From: Candidatus Latescibacterota bacterium
GTDB taxonomy: Bacteria; Latescibacterota; UBA2968; GCA-2709665
Assembly (NCBI GenBank): GCA_965203805.1
Contig: OZ241917.1
Span: 2,176,001-2,240,000 of the forward strand
Length of the DNA: 64,000 nucleotides
Reading direction: 5' to 3'
Under the pieces are notes generated by a model. It was not told where the DNA came from. It saw only the letters and a list, made by a program, of their open reading frames with translations, and did no database searches. Within the stretch, counting starts at the first letter, position 1. Every line of letters begins with the position of its first letter. A program made the translations under genes and the position numbers. Below are positions 27,608-37,762 of the stretch, piece after piece.

Positions 27608-30504
27608 TTCTCTTTCCGAAATCTCCACGAAGCCGTTTTGTTTTCCCTGCTTTCGTCCTCATTAGTTATGGCGGCGTGGCTTTCGGAACGCCGCCGATTG
27701 AGTACGTAAAGGAAGATCATCACCCGAAGCTGGAGGGTGTGCTGGCTCGGATTCAAAAGAGCTGGGTGGCGCGAGAAAGGTCCCTTGCGAAAGCGACGGT
27801 AAGACAATATGGCGCGGCGGTTATCGATGGCGAGAATATCAGGGTCGTTTTGGAGCCAACCGAAGGGAAGCTCTCCGATAGTATTGATTTCTCGGCGTTG
27901 TCCGATCTGGGCGTCAGCATTGTCGCCAGATCACGGCATTTATTGAAAGTTTCCACGCCGATAGCTGCACTCGAGAATTTGGCACGGGTGGAGGGCGTAC
28001 AATTCGTTCGGCTGCCCATAAGGCCAAAATTGGATGCCGTTAGCAGCGAGGGCGTGGTGCGCATCAATGCAATGGTGTATTTGAGCAAGAGGTTTACCGG
28101 AAATGGAATAAAGGTCGGGGTCATCGATGCCGGTTTTGTAGGGGTCCGATCACTGCAGAATCGTGGCGAATTGCCTGCTTTGTCTTATCGGGATTTTACT
28201 GGCGAAGGGATTTTTCAGCAGGGTCGTCTTTCTGCAAGGGAAGGGAAGCATGGTACGGCCTGTGCCGAGATCGTTCACGACGTCGCTCCGGATGCGGAAA
28301 TCTATCTGTATAAGGTAAATTGCCTTGTGAGTTGGGCAAACGCCAAGGATGCTGCGATTGAGGAGAGCCTAGACATTGTCACGGTATCGATGTCCTTCCC
28401 GGTAACAGGTTTTGGCGATGGCACGGGTGATGCCTGTGAAATTGTGGATAGTGCTTTTCAAAATAACGTCCTGTGGGTGAATTCTGCTGGGAATTATGCC
28501 CAGAAACAAGTCTCAGTTCGATTAAGCGACCCCGATGGAAATGGTTTTCACAACTTTGATAAAGACAGTGAAATCGTCAACTTGAAGAATATTCGGGAAG
28601 GCGATAAAGTCGAAGCATGGTTGACATGGAATGAATGGCCCCAGACGTCTCAAGACTATGATCTCCTGCTCTATAAATTCGACACGAATGGCAGAACCGA
28701 GCGTGTTGCAAAAAGTGACACGAAACAAGATCAGCATCAGTCAAAGCCCAGAGAACATCTTGTCTATACGATTACGGAAACAGGATCCTATGGCTTTGCG
28801 ATTTGGGGGGCATCTTCTGCCCGAGTTACTCTATTAAAATTGATCAGTCTGAGCCACGATCTAGACGGTCCTGTATCCATATCAGGATCCGTAAGCACGC
28901 CAGGGGATGCTCGCGGGGCGCTGACGGTTGGTGCATTGCATCATTGGCAATGGACTACAGGCCCTATTGCTGGCTACAGTTCGCAAGGACCTACCTTTGA
29001 TGGACGAATCAAGCCTGACCTGGTTGCGCCTGCGGGCGTACTCACCATAAGCTATGGATCTGATGGGTATTTCGGGACATCAGCTGCGACGCCTCACGTC
29101 GCCGGAGCGGCGGCGCTCCTGAAGTCTTCAGATCCGATCTACTACAATGCCAAGAATCTAAAAGACGCGCTGGTTCGATCTACAGTCGATATGGGAGATC
29201 CGAGCCCCAATAACGTCTTTGGACATGGGCGATTGGATCTGTCGTTGCTTCCTCCCATTGGCAGGCCCGTTATGGAACTTTCGCGCAACGTGCTGGATTT
29301 CGGCGCGGTTCTGCTGGGACAGTCCGAGACGCGGAACCTGAGCATTGTCAACCCCGGTCGGGCGTCATTGGTGATTACGGAAATACTCCTGCCGTCCGGT
29401 GAGTTCCGCATCTCGGAACCAACCTTTACTGTCGAGCCTGGGCGCAGCAATCGGACCGCCGTCACGTTTTCGCCTCGGAGCGAGGGCGATCAGTCCGGCA
29501 GCATGACCATACTGAGCAATTTGCCACGGGCCACCGTAACGCTTCAGGCGCGAGGCGTTCGGCAACCCGTTGTTCCGGTACCGCGGATTGCGGTGGATGC
29601 GGCTCTGCGCAATTTCGGCGGCGTCGACGTCGGCAGTTCAAAGTCATTGACTGTCACGGTCACGAACTCCGGAGACGCGTCCCTGTCGGTCACTGATATT
29701 GTCTCCAGCGATGAACGTGTGAGCGTTTCGCCCCGTCAGCTTTCGATTCCGCCAAAGCAGAACGGCTATTTTACGATTCGATTTGAGCCCAGCCAGTCAG
29801 GTGATCTGTCGGCGCGCGTCACCATTTACAGCAACGATTCAGAATCATCCGCGGTCAGTTTTTCCGTTGCCGGAAGGGGCCAACAGCCCGCAACCAGGTC
29901 CTTTGCATTGTCACTTACCGCTGACGCGCCGAAGAATCAGGGCGTCTATGCCGTACCTGAGGACGGCGAAATTGCGGTCGAAATACACGGGCAGCAGATC
30001 AACGACGCCATAGGATTTCGCGCCCTGTTTGACTTTGACGCGGCGGCGTTTGCGTACAGGAGCTTCGATATTGGAAACGGCATTCCGAACGGCCATTCGC
30101 CCGGACACCGTTATCCTTCCCCGGATTCTTCATCCATTGAAGTCACCGCGGCGTCGTTCGGCGGCAAGATTGCGGGGCCGTCGGCGAAACTCGGGACAAT
30201 ACGATTTGCCGCTTCGGACACGTTTCAGGCGGGTCAGATCCGACTGCAGTTCGCGCGCATCCGGCGGTCGGGGGAATTCGAAGGCTTCGCCGATCCCGTG
30301 ATCTTGGAGTTTTCGAAACAAGGCGGACCGACTGCCGACTTCGATGGAGACGGCGCCGTCGGCTTTACGGACTTTTTGCAGTTTGCCGGCGTGTTCGGTC
30401 TGACTCGCGGTGACGCGGGGTATGACGCACGTTATGATCTGGACGGAAATGGCATGATCGGATTCAGTGATTTTCTAATCTTTGCCGGCAGCTTTGGCAC
30501 GTAG
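27604..30504 (+). CDS. S8 subtilase with two ASH/Ig-like domains, cohesin-like and dockerin-like modules
   Basis: Triad VIDAGF / HGTAC / GTSAATPHVAG. LDFGAV and NFGGV Ig domains, GF...FDFD...LGTIRF, and two EF-hand loops ADFDGDG and DLDGNG. ATGA overlap with the upstream gene. Confidence 0.88.
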   Translation: MILFPKSPRSRFVFPAFVLISYGGVAFGTPPIEYVKEDHHPKLEGVLARIQKSWVARERSLAKATVRQYGAAVIDGENIRVVLEPTEGKLSDSIDFSALSDLGVSIVARSRHLLKVSTPIAALENLARVEGVQFVRLPIRPKLDAVSSEGVVRINAMVYLSKRFTGNGIKVGVIDAGFVGVRSLQNRGELPALSYRDFTGEGIFQQGRLSAREGKHGTACAEIVHDVAPDAEIYLYKVNCLVSWANAKDAAIEESLDIVTVSMSFPVTGFGDGTGDACEIVDSAFQNNVLWVNSAGNYAQKQVSVRLSDPDGNGFHNFDKDSEIVNLKNIREGDKVEAWLTWNEWPQTSQDYDLLLYKFDTNGRTERVAKSDTKQDQHQSKPREHLVYTITETGSYGFAIWGASSARVTLLKLISLSHDLDGPVSISGSVSTPGDARGALTVGALHHWQWTTGPIAGYSSQGPTFDGRIKPDLVAPAGVLTISYGSDGYFGTSAATPHVAGAAALLKSSDPIYYNAKNLKDALVRSTVDMGDPSPNNVFGHGRLDLSLLPPIGRPVMELSRNVLDFGAVLLGQSETRNLSIVNPGRASLVITEILLPSGEFRISEPTFTVEPGRSNRTAVTFSPRSEGDQSGSMTILSNLPRATVTLQARGVRQPVVPVPRIAVDAALRNFGGVDVGSSKSLTVTVTNSGDASLSVTDIVSSDERVSVSPRQLSIPPKQNGYFTIRFEPSQSGDLSARVTIYSNDSESSAVSFSVAGRGQQPATRSFALSLTADAPKNQGVYAVPEDGEIAVEIHGQQINDAIGFRALFDFDAAAFAYRSFDIGNGIPNGHSPGHRYPSPDSSSIEVTAASFGGKIAGPSAKLGTIRFAASDTFQAGQIRLQFARIRRSGEFEGFADPVILEFSKQGGPTADFDGDGAVGFTDFLQFAGVFGLTRGDAGYDARYDLDGNGMIGFSDFLIFAGSFGT

Positions 30505-30596
30505 CCTCCTTCATTCACCAAAACGAAACACACATACACAGGGAGGGACAGGATAAATACAGAACAGCGGGAAGAAGGCATTCAATTCCGGATTAT

Positions 30597-31983
30597 GAGA
30601 TATTGTCAAATGTTGTGGATGGCGGCGAGCGTATCCTGATGGATCAGGCGGCGGCTTTGACGTCTCCATCCTCGAATTCGACGCCCTGGACCACGAGTTC
30701 AATGAGCTTGTGACTGTGTAATCGTTGCCAGTGTTTCTGGGCTTGGTCGGCCAGTTTGTAAACCATCATCAACGTGGCGTTTCGAGAGCCGCATCCTTTG
30801 GTCTGGCGCGTGCGGTGGCGAACGGTGCTGAAAGTGGATTCAATGGGATTGGTGGACCGGAGGTGTCGCCAGTGAGCGGCCGGGAAATCGTAAAAGGTGA
30901 ACAGCACGTCCTTGTCTTTTTCCAGGCACGCACACGCTTTGGGGTATTTGGCTTCATAAAGGGACAGAAAGTCCTCGTAAGCGGCCAGGGCATCCTCTCT
31001 GGTGGGTGAGAGATACATCTCGTGGAGGCGCCCTTTGGCCTGCGCCTGGACCGTTTTGGGGAGGTTATCCAGCACGTTGGCACTCTTGTGCACCCAGCAG
31101 CGCTGATGGCTTGTCTCGGGGAAGACTTCCTCCAGCGCGGCCCAGAAACCCAGGCCGCCATCGCCAATGGCCAGGGCAGGCGCTTCTTTCAACCCTCTTC
31201 TTTTCAGGTCCCTGAGCACACCTTCCCAGGACAGCTTGCTTTCACGATGTCCATCCTCGATCGCCAACAGTTCCTTACGGCCATCCTTCGTGGCACCGAT
31301 GATGACTAAGACGCAGGGCCGGTCCGGTTCCAGTCGCACCTGGAAATAGATGCCATCGGCCCAGACATACACGTAGTGTTTATCTGAAAGATCCCGTTGT
31401 TGCCACGCTCGATATTCTTCGTCCCAGATCTGCTTGAGCCGAACGATGTTGGCCGGTGACAGCCCCACCGCATTCTCACCCAAAATCGCAGAAAGTGCCT
31501 CGGGGAAGGACGACGTCGAGACCCCCTTGAGATACAGTGCCGGAATCAACGCATCGATAGAGGGTGCCCGACGCATATATCTCGGCAAAATGGCTGAGCT
31601 GAATGTCTTTCCCTTACGCCTGTCGTGCACACGCGGCTGCCGGATCTCAAGGTGTCCTACGCCCGTGATCAGTTCCCGTGGCTTGTGAGATCCATTCCTG
31701 ACCACTTGCCGGTGACCACGTTCATCCTTCTCCGCTTGCAACCCTTCAACGTAGGCGTCCACTTCAAACTCCAACGCGGCTTGCAGCATCCGCCTGGCCC
31801 CAACACGAATCAGATCTTCCAGGCTCAACGTCACTTCATCTTTGACTATCGTCTCAACTTCGGAGGCCGTATATTGTCTCATCGAGCGTATCCTTCCTCC
31901 CTCGTCTGAGGGATCTCGGGTTAATAGTGATACTATAGGATACGCTCTTTTTTTACCTCATCCACAACTTTTGAATATAACTC
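30597..31983 (-). mobile_element. IS256-family insertion sequence
   Basis: IRs gagatattgtcaaatgttgtggat / gagttatattcaaaagttgtggat; 8-bp TSD cggattat (30589-30596 and 31984-31991). Confidence 0.95.
30644..31882 (-). CDS. IS256 transposase
   Basis: YVWADG, IGDG, QRCWVH and RSTNPIES motifs. Confidence 0.95.
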   Translation of the reverse strand: MRQYTASEVETIVKDEVTLSLEDLIRVGARRMLQAALEFEVDAYVEGLQAEKDERGHRQVVRNGSHKPRELITGVGHLEIRQPRVHDRRKGKTFSSAILPRYMRRAPSIDALIPALYLKGVSTSSFPEALSAILGENAVGLSPANIVRLKQIWDEEYRAWQQRDLSDKHYVYVWADGIYFQVRLEPDRPCVLVIIGATKDGRKELLAIEDGHRESKLSWEGVLRDLKRRGLKEAPALAIGDGGLGFWAALEEVFPETSHQRCWVHKSANVLDNLPKTVQAQAKGRLHEMYLSPTREDALAAYEDFLSLYEAKYPKACACLEKDKDVLFTFYDFPAAHWRHLRSTNPIESTFSTVRHRTRQTKGCGSRNATLMMVYKLADQAQKHWQRLHSHKLIELVVQGVEFEDGDVKAAA

Positions 31984-32144
31984 CGGATTATTACGATAGA
32001 TCCGTCCAGTGTTGGTAAGTTCGGCCTGATTCGGCAACTATACAAACCGTCGATAAATTTCACATCACCGTCAATTGAGAGCAGCCGATTATTCAACAAA
32101 ACCACCGGCTATCTCGAATAACTCAATCCAGGGAGGGGCGTCTC

Positions 32145-32618
32145 ATGAGAAGTGTCATGCCAATTTCGGTCATCTTGGTTTTTGCATTATTGCCTGACGC
32201 GGTTCAAGCCAGGGACCTGATATTCGGAAAGAGCAAGATCGTCGTCGTCGATCTCGACGGAAAGACAAGACAAAAAAAAGCCATTGTTGCGTGGGGCGAT
32301 TCGACTGTATCCTTGCGGTTCAAGGACGGTGACGACTCGGTCCGGTATCGAGAGTATGAAGGTATAATCCGTTACGACCGGATGTCGGACTTGACATATT
32401 CGCATACCAAACATTGGAGAGTTGCCAGCGCCATTTTGTTGTCTCCCCTGACGCTCTTTTCACGGCGAAAGCACCATTGGTTTTCGTGGAATTACGTGGA
32501 TGATGCAGGCAAAAAACATGCGGTAATACTTCGAATTGACAAGAGGGAAGAGAAGCTCTATAGGCGGCACGTTCCTCTCCTTACAGGCTTGGAATTGGAG
32601 ATTGAAATGGAGAATTAG
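32145..32618 (+). CDS. Secreted hypothetical protein (homologue of 36430-36996)
   Basis: Signal peptide ending AVQA; KKAIVAWGD...YEG...MSDLTYS. Confidence 0.75.
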   Translation: MRSVMPISVILVFALLPDAVQARDLIFGKSKIVVVDLDGKTRQKKAIVAWGDSTVSLRFKDGDDSVRYREYEGIIRYDRMSDLTYSHTKHWRVASAILLSPLTLFSRRKHHWFSWNYVDDAGKKHAVILRIDKREEKLYRRHVPLLTGLELEIEMEN

Positions 32619-32885
32619 CCGGTCGCGTTTCCAACTGACACCGAGTCAATAGTAGAAAAAAATCCTAAATCCGACTTGGATCAGAGCAGTTTTTAAATGG
32701 TCCGGATCGGTAATCCTCTTCAGAACTTCGGATAGTCGAAATCTACCTGCTCCATAGTGCGAACGAAATATGGAAACTCTCCGAACCTACTGATTGACCG
32801 GTTCAATTATTGCCACGAGCACTCTAAAGTTCACACTATTACACACCATTGACCCGGCGCCCCGAGCCGCTCCCTGAACATGCGG

Positions 32886-32968
32886 CGCCCTGAGCTTGTC
32901 GAAGGGTCGACGGGTCGGCGAAGGGTCAAAATGGCAGCCAAGCGGGGGGCGCTTCGACAAGCTCAGCG
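32886..32968. repeat. REP-like inverted pair
   Basis: ctgagcttgtcgaag (32890-32904) and its perfect reverse complement cttcgacaagctcag (32952-32966). Confidence 0.75.
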
Positions 32969-33485
32969 TCCCCGTACGGGCAAGTCCCTTTCCACCTTAG
33001 GATGAGCTCAAGACGTCACCTATTTGCCGGTCCTGGCAATAACAGTCATTAGGGCGATATCATCACGGCACACCGGGCACCCGCTGCCCAGGCGTCATCA
33101 CCTGTCTGACAGTCTGTTGATAAGGATGCGCATTGCAGCGCTTCCAACGGGACGTCGAGCAATACTCAGGAAGACGCACTGTTTGGCCCGTGGATACAAC
33201 CCAGCAGATGCAACGAACTTTCACCGGGATGGTCGGGAAGTGGTTACGGTATCTCGATCCGGTGTCGTGAAATACCCATGTGACCGTGTGCGGAAAAGTC
33301 GCCATCTATACCTTGCCTCGTTGAGTGCGATCCATTACATTATTGTCATAGATTACAACCCGGTCAGGTACGCGAAACTTCAATTCGAGGACGTCGTTAT
33401 TGCTTTATAGCGAGATGCCGGTGCCCCGGTCGTACTCCGATTCATCTAAGAACGGCAGGCGGGTGTTCGTGACAACACCATTGAA

Positions 33486-33674
33486 TTGGAAGGGGTGGAT
33501 TTTATGTTAGGTATTTATGAGGCGGTCAAGAAGAAAAACCGGGAGAAGGGACGGGAAGAAGGATTTCAGGAGAGGGATAAGTTGATTAGCGAGTGGTATG
33601 AAAGCGAGAAGGCAAAGGGGACTGAAGGTTTCCAAAATCCACCACCGTTTCTCAACAACGGGTCCACTGAGTAA
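33486..33674 (+). CDS. Small hypothetical protein or C-terminal remnant (EKGREEG...W...PPP)
   Basis: Followed by a terminator; the upstream frame is broken by a stop at 33410. Confidence 0.45.
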   Translation: MEGVDFMLGIYEAVKKKNREKGREEGFQERDKLISEWYESEKAKGTEGFQNPPPFLNNGSTE

Positions 33675-33695
33675 TCTGCTAAACCCACAAATTGG

Positions 33696-33731
33696 AGCGG
33701 CGGTGAAATTGAGCACCGCCGCTTTCTCTTT
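33696..33731 (+). terminator. Intrinsic terminator
   Basis: agcggcggtg / caccgccgct stem with a T-rich tail. Confidence 0.65.
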
Positions 33732-33842
33732 GCCCGATTAGGCCACCCCTTTTATAAGGGAATTATATACTTTACTAACGAGTCGGACTTCTGTATATTT
33801 TATTCAAGAGCAGACACCAACCGATCTTGAAAGGACTGAAAA

Positions 33843-34781
33843 ATGGGACATGAAGCTCCGGGAAAAAGGCACAGGCAAGGTATCAGCGTTATCGAACTGG
33901 CCGAGATGTTTCCGACCGAGGACGCCGCTACAGACTGGTTCGTTGCTCAACGCTGGCCGGAAAGCCGTCCTTGCCCTCGCTGTGGGTTTGGTGAGACGAT
34001 GGTCGTTGCGAATTCCAGGCCGATGCCGTTTCGATGCAAGAAGTGTTGGAAATTCTTCTCCGTCAGAACGGGTACGGTCCTGGAACGGTCGAAGGTTTCA
34101 TTGAAAAAATGGGCCTATGCTGTTTATCTCTGCACCACCAGTCTGAAGGGCGTTTCTTCGATGAAACTGCATAGGGACTTGGGTGTTACTCAGAAGACTG
34201 CCTGGTTTATGGCTCATCGCATTCGTGAGGCTCTGACAACTCCCGGCGGTATGTTTTCCGGTCCGGTAGAGGTAGATGAGAGCTACTTCGGGGGCAAGGA
34301 AGGAAATAAACACAGTTCGAAGAAGCTGAGGGCAGGTAGAGGGACGGTCGGGAAAACGGCTGTTGTTGGTGCGAAGGACCGGGAAACCAATAAAGTCAAC
34401 GCCAAGGTTGCGGATGTTGTTGACGGCAGAAACCTGAGGCAGTTTGTATATGATCATGTAGAACCAGGTGCTGATGTTTTTACAGATGAAGCAAATGCGT
34501 ATAAGGGCCTGTCAGGCGTTCACCACAAGCAGGTGAAACATAGTGCTGGCGAATATGTGGACGGAATGGCCCATACCAACGGGATCGAATCCTTTTGGTC
34601 GATGCTCAAACGCGGTTACTACGGAACCTATCACAAGATGAGCGTCAAGCATCTGCACCGGTATGTCTGTGAGTTTGCCGAGCGCCATAACATCCGAGAC
34701 CTGGATACCATCGACCAGATGAAAGATGTTGTCGCAGGTATGGTCGGAAAACGACTGATGTACAGGGATCTGATTGCATAG
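33843..34781 (+). CDS. IS1595 transposase
   Basis: Zn ribbon CPRCG...CKKC; VEVDESY, FTDE, HTNGIESFWS and EF..RHN motifs. Confidence 0.95.
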   Translation: MGHEAPGKRHRQGISVIELAEMFPTEDAATDWFVAQRWPESRPCPRCGFGETMVVANSRPMPFRCKKCWKFFSVRTGTVLERSKVSLKKWAYAVYLCTTSLKGVSSMKLHRDLGVTQKTAWFMAHRIREALTTPGGMFSGPVEVDESYFGGKEGNKHSSKKLRAGRGTVGKTAVVGAKDRETNKVNAKVADVVDGRNLRQFVYDHVEPGADVFTDEANAYKGLSGVHHKQVKHSAGEYVDGMAHTNGIESFWSMLKRGYYGTYHKMSVKHLHRYVCEFAERHNIRDLDTIDQMKDVVAGMVGKRLMYRDLIA

Positions 34782-34915
34782 AAATCTTAACGATTAATTG
34801 AGATCTGAAGGTTCTGGATATGGCCCTTTGTCTTGTTGATGTGAATGAGGTAGAACAAGTATGGTAGACCTCTGGGAAAGCACATTAATAAGACAGCGCC
34901 GTATTGCGTTTAGCT

Positions 34916-34946
34916 AAAAACCCCTGCTCAACGTGAGCAGGGGCGA
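34916..34946 (-). terminator. Terminator of the toxin operon
   Basis: On the minus strand: cccctgctca-cgt-tgagcagggg followed by ttttt. Confidence 0.7.
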
Positions 34947-34964
34947 AGGTCAGTCGGCTGCCGA

Positions 34965-35270
34965 CTATTGTTTTATGATTCTGTTTAAGTATCGCTCATA
35001 ACCGTTATGCTTGTCCACGTGTAAAACTCGCATCATGTTTTCATCTTTATCGATCTTAAAAGACAATCGATACCTTTTTCCGAGCCTAGCAATCCATACG
35101 CCATTTTGTTGTCTGATATACCTTCCTGGTTTAATCGATTGTGTTTGTGCTTCTTCAAAAAACCGCTTAAGGTTATTCGTCGTCCTTGAATCAAGCCTTT
35201 TGACTGCCTTCTCTACGCTCTTGTTGTGGAACTGGATTTTGCTTATACAAGGGAATTGACTTTCGCACAC
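34965..35270 (-). CDS. RelE/ParE-superfamily toxin-like protein
   Basis: Basic 101-aa protein with WIARLGKRYRLSF...RVLHVDKH. Confidence 0.7.
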   Translation of the reverse strand: MCESQFPCISKIQFHNKSVEKAVKRLDSRTTNNLKRFFEEAQTQSIKPGRYIRQQNGVWIARLGKRYRLSFKIDKDENMMRVLHVDKHNGYERYLNRIIKQ

Positions 35271-35291
35271 TTTTGCCTCTAATTATTAAGG

Positions 35292-35807
35292 CTATAACGT
35301 GTCGATTAATTCCTGCACTGAATAGATCGCCCCCGTTGACGGTTCTTTCTGGCGTATCAAAACAGTAATCAACCAGTCTGTTTCGTACAGAAGTGCATTT
35401 AATGTATTTAGCTCGATAAGCGTTTTTTTGGGCGTATTAACAACTTGCGGGCGGTCTTTCTCAAAAGAAGATATTAATTCCTCTACGTCTCTTATGGAGC
35501 CTTTAGTTTTCTTGATTTGCTCTTTTATATCTATGTACTGTGATACTTTATCTAAGTCGTCTTTTTTGTGATCGTTGTTTTGCAAGAGGTCATAAAATTC
35601 CTTTTGCACCGCTAAGTACTTACAGACAGCGTTATAATGCTTCTCACATGCTTTTTCCAATTTAATAAACAGCTCTTCGAGCTTTTCTTGGTGGTCTAAA
35701 TACCGAGACAAACGCGAAGTTACACTTGGAGATAAATCCTTAGCAGATCCATTCACCAAAGTAGCTGAATTTACCACATGTGGCAATATGGACATCATGG
35801 GGGACAT
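35292..35807 (-). CDS. Putative antitoxin (helical)
   Basis: 21 bp upstream of the toxin; C-terminal GAIYSVQELIDTL resembles RelB-type tails. Confidence 0.5.
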   Translation of the reverse strand: MSPMMSILPHVVNSATLVNGSAKDLSPSVTSRLSRYLDHQEKLEELFIKLEKACEKHYNAVCKYLAVQKEFYDLLQNNDHKKDDLDKVSQYIDIKEQIKKTKGSIRDVEELISSFEKDRPQVVNTPKKTLIELNTLNALLYETDWLITVLIRQKEPSTGAIYSVQELIDTL

Positions 35808-35931
35808 ATTAGCCTCTTTTATGGAAATGACGCGGGATTGCGGCTAAAGGTACAATATGCCGTCTTATAATATACGGAATTACAAAATTCACACAAGGAT
35901 GAATATCTCTCAAATTCGTGAGATACTTCTT

Positions 35932-36126
35932 TCAAATGTTCATCACTTCATCTGCAGAATCACGTTTGAGGGAATCCTGCACATCGCTACGAGAAACACC
36001 CGACGCCTTGTGTTTGCCTTGATTTTCTGAATCGCCTTCCAAATCCTTACCCACAGACCGCAACAGAGCCTTGGCCAGTTCTTCCGGTGTCATATTCAGC
36101 GGGGGTATGGAAACAGCACGTCCCAT
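35932..36126 (-). CDS. Small hypothetical protein
   Basis: SD aggagg; IPPLNMTPEELAKALL. Confidence 0.55.
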   Translation of the reverse strand: MGRAVSIPPLNMTPEELAKALLRSVGKDLEGDSENQGKHKASGVSRSDVQDSLKRDSADEVMNI

Positions 36127-36137
36127 AAATCCTCCTC

Positions 36138-36344
36138 CTATTGCTTAAGCACAGAACTGAGAAACCGCTTTGCCCTATCCTCAGGCTTGGCTTCCTCTTC
36201 TACCTCCTCTTGAGAACCTTCCAGGAACGCCTTTACGACGTTCTTCGAGTCATCTCCTTTGATCACTCGTTCTATCATTTCCCTCGTTCTATCATTTCCT
36301 GTGAAGTAGTCATAGAACCTCCTGTTTCTTGTATTCAGTTTCAA
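36138..36344 (-). pseudogene. Probable 5'-truncated gene
   Basis: No SD; the frame begins next to the internal IR-like site at 36357. Confidence 0.35.
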
Positions 36345-36429
36345 ATTATAATCTAAGGGAAATATAACTATTAGTTAGCACAAAACAAACCAGGAAACTT
36401 AATTACTCTACGGGGCGTTAAGTTTTCGG

Positions 36430-36996
36430 TCATCTGTGAAGATCTCTCTTGTCTACCCAAGTGACATTCAAAATTCCATCAGCCGACGCCGCTCTAAGCA
36501 AATTCCGGTACGCCTTTCGCTCTTTCCCGCTCTTCACAAGCATACCTATATGGACTACCTTGCCGTCAGAATTTTTCGCCGTAAAAGACACCCATCTGTC
36601 CCGACTTCCAGCAAAATACTCCCCTGCGCCTACCAAAAGCGCCTCAACAACAGCTTCGCCAATGGGTCTGTTATGGGGCGAATACCTCACATCGCTCATA
36701 CTGGCATAGCTGTACGTCCCTTCATATCCCGGCCATTTCGACCCATCTTTCCAATTCTTGTACCGAATAGCAACCGCCGTATCACCCCAAGTAACAATGA
36801 CCTTTTTGCGAGAATACCATCCGGTTTCATCTTCGACATGCAGCTTGGCTTTCTTGAATACTCTGTGATGCTCAGAGGCAAGAACCCTTTTGGCATTTGC
36901 CTCTAATGAATCAGCCCGAACATCGTTCCCATCAATAGCTTCGACCGATCCCCCAAAAGCTACAACTACCAGTACTGCAAAAACATACCGCCCCAT
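36430..36996 (-). CDS. Secreted hypothetical protein (homologue of 32145-32618)
   Basis: SD ggagg; signal peptide ending VEA; KKVIVTWGD...YEG...MSDVRYS. Confidence 0.75.
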   Translation of the reverse strand: MGRYVFAVLVVVAFGGSVEAIDGNDVRADSLEANAKRVLASEHHRVFKKAKLHVEDETGWYSRKKVIVTWGDTAVAIRYKNWKDGSKWPGYEGTYSYASMSDVRYSPHNRPIGEAVVEALLVGAGEYFAGSRDRWVSFTAKNSDGKVVHIGMLVKSGKERKAYRNLLRAASADGILNVTWVDKRDLHR

Positions 36997-37247
36997 CGCA
37001 ACCTCCCCCTACATGTGAGTGTAGACTTCCCCTCGGCACCTGAAAAAGGTGCCAGGTGGTTGTCAACGTCCTCGCAGTATGGTTGCGGGAAGGTTCCTGC
37101 TTATTCGCCAGAGACGGGAGCGACCCGCCCCTTTGATAAGAGGCTCTTGTATTCGGCAGGCCACCCGACATGCGGAGGCTGCAAGGACATTGACAAGAGC
37201 CAATATAACATTTTGGCTTGACAAAACAACGGGAATTTTAATGATTT

Positions 37248-37457
37248 TTATGAGAGCAGATTACGAAACCAACCCCTTCTGACTTTGGGATTCTCAGGAA
37301 CAGAGGTACGTGAAACCAATTCCCCAACCTGCAATAGACGAAACCGCGTGCGCGCATCTTCCTCAGAAGTGGCAGCGATACTATGTTCCCAATTGCCTCT
37401 CTGTTTTTCGTTAATATAATTATATCTGAACGTGTACAATTGAAATGAGCCATCCAT
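37248..37457 (-). CDS. Small hypothetical protein
   Basis: SD aaggagg; IAATSEEDA. Confidence 0.55.
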   Translation of the reverse strand: MDGSFQLYTFRYNYINEKQRGNWEHSIAATSEEDARTRFRLLQVGELVSRTSVPENPKVRRGWFRNLLS

Positions 37458-37489
37458 CTCAGAACCTCCTTATGACTGGGGAAAACGAA

Positions 37490-37762
37490 ATGGCACAGCA
37501 AAGACGGTCCGCAAAATATCTCATCAGTTTTAGATCCAGAGTAACGCGAGGTTTTACTTACTTCGTCCGAGAGACAGAGGACAACGAATGGTATTGGGTC
37601 TTGGTATGTAACGAGAACGGTGAAACAATCGCGGACTCAGAACAGTGCTACGCCAACAAAAGAGACTGCATATACGGCCTTCGAATTGTAAGAAACTCCG
37701 TAAGTTGCCCAGTGATTGAACAGCCATTCGAAGAAGATGACGACGAAATCGACGACGTTTAA
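37490..37762 (+). CDS. YegP/DUF1508-like protein
   Basis: EWYWVL...NGETIADSEQCYANKRDC. Confidence 0.75.
   Translation: MAQQRRSAKYLISFRSRVTRGFTYFVRETEDNEWYWVLVCNENGETIADSEQCYANKRDCIYGLRIVRNSVSCPVIEQPFEEDDDEIDDV

Noticed and set aside
33486-33674. EKGREEG suggesting an Rpn/PD-(D/E)XK C-terminal antitoxin
   Set aside because: No Rpn nuclease domain is visible upstream and the motif is too short to assign.
37010-37230. Hairpin-rich leader possibly like phage antisense or ash modules
   Set aside because: Only generic hairpins; no diagnostic motif that I can support.
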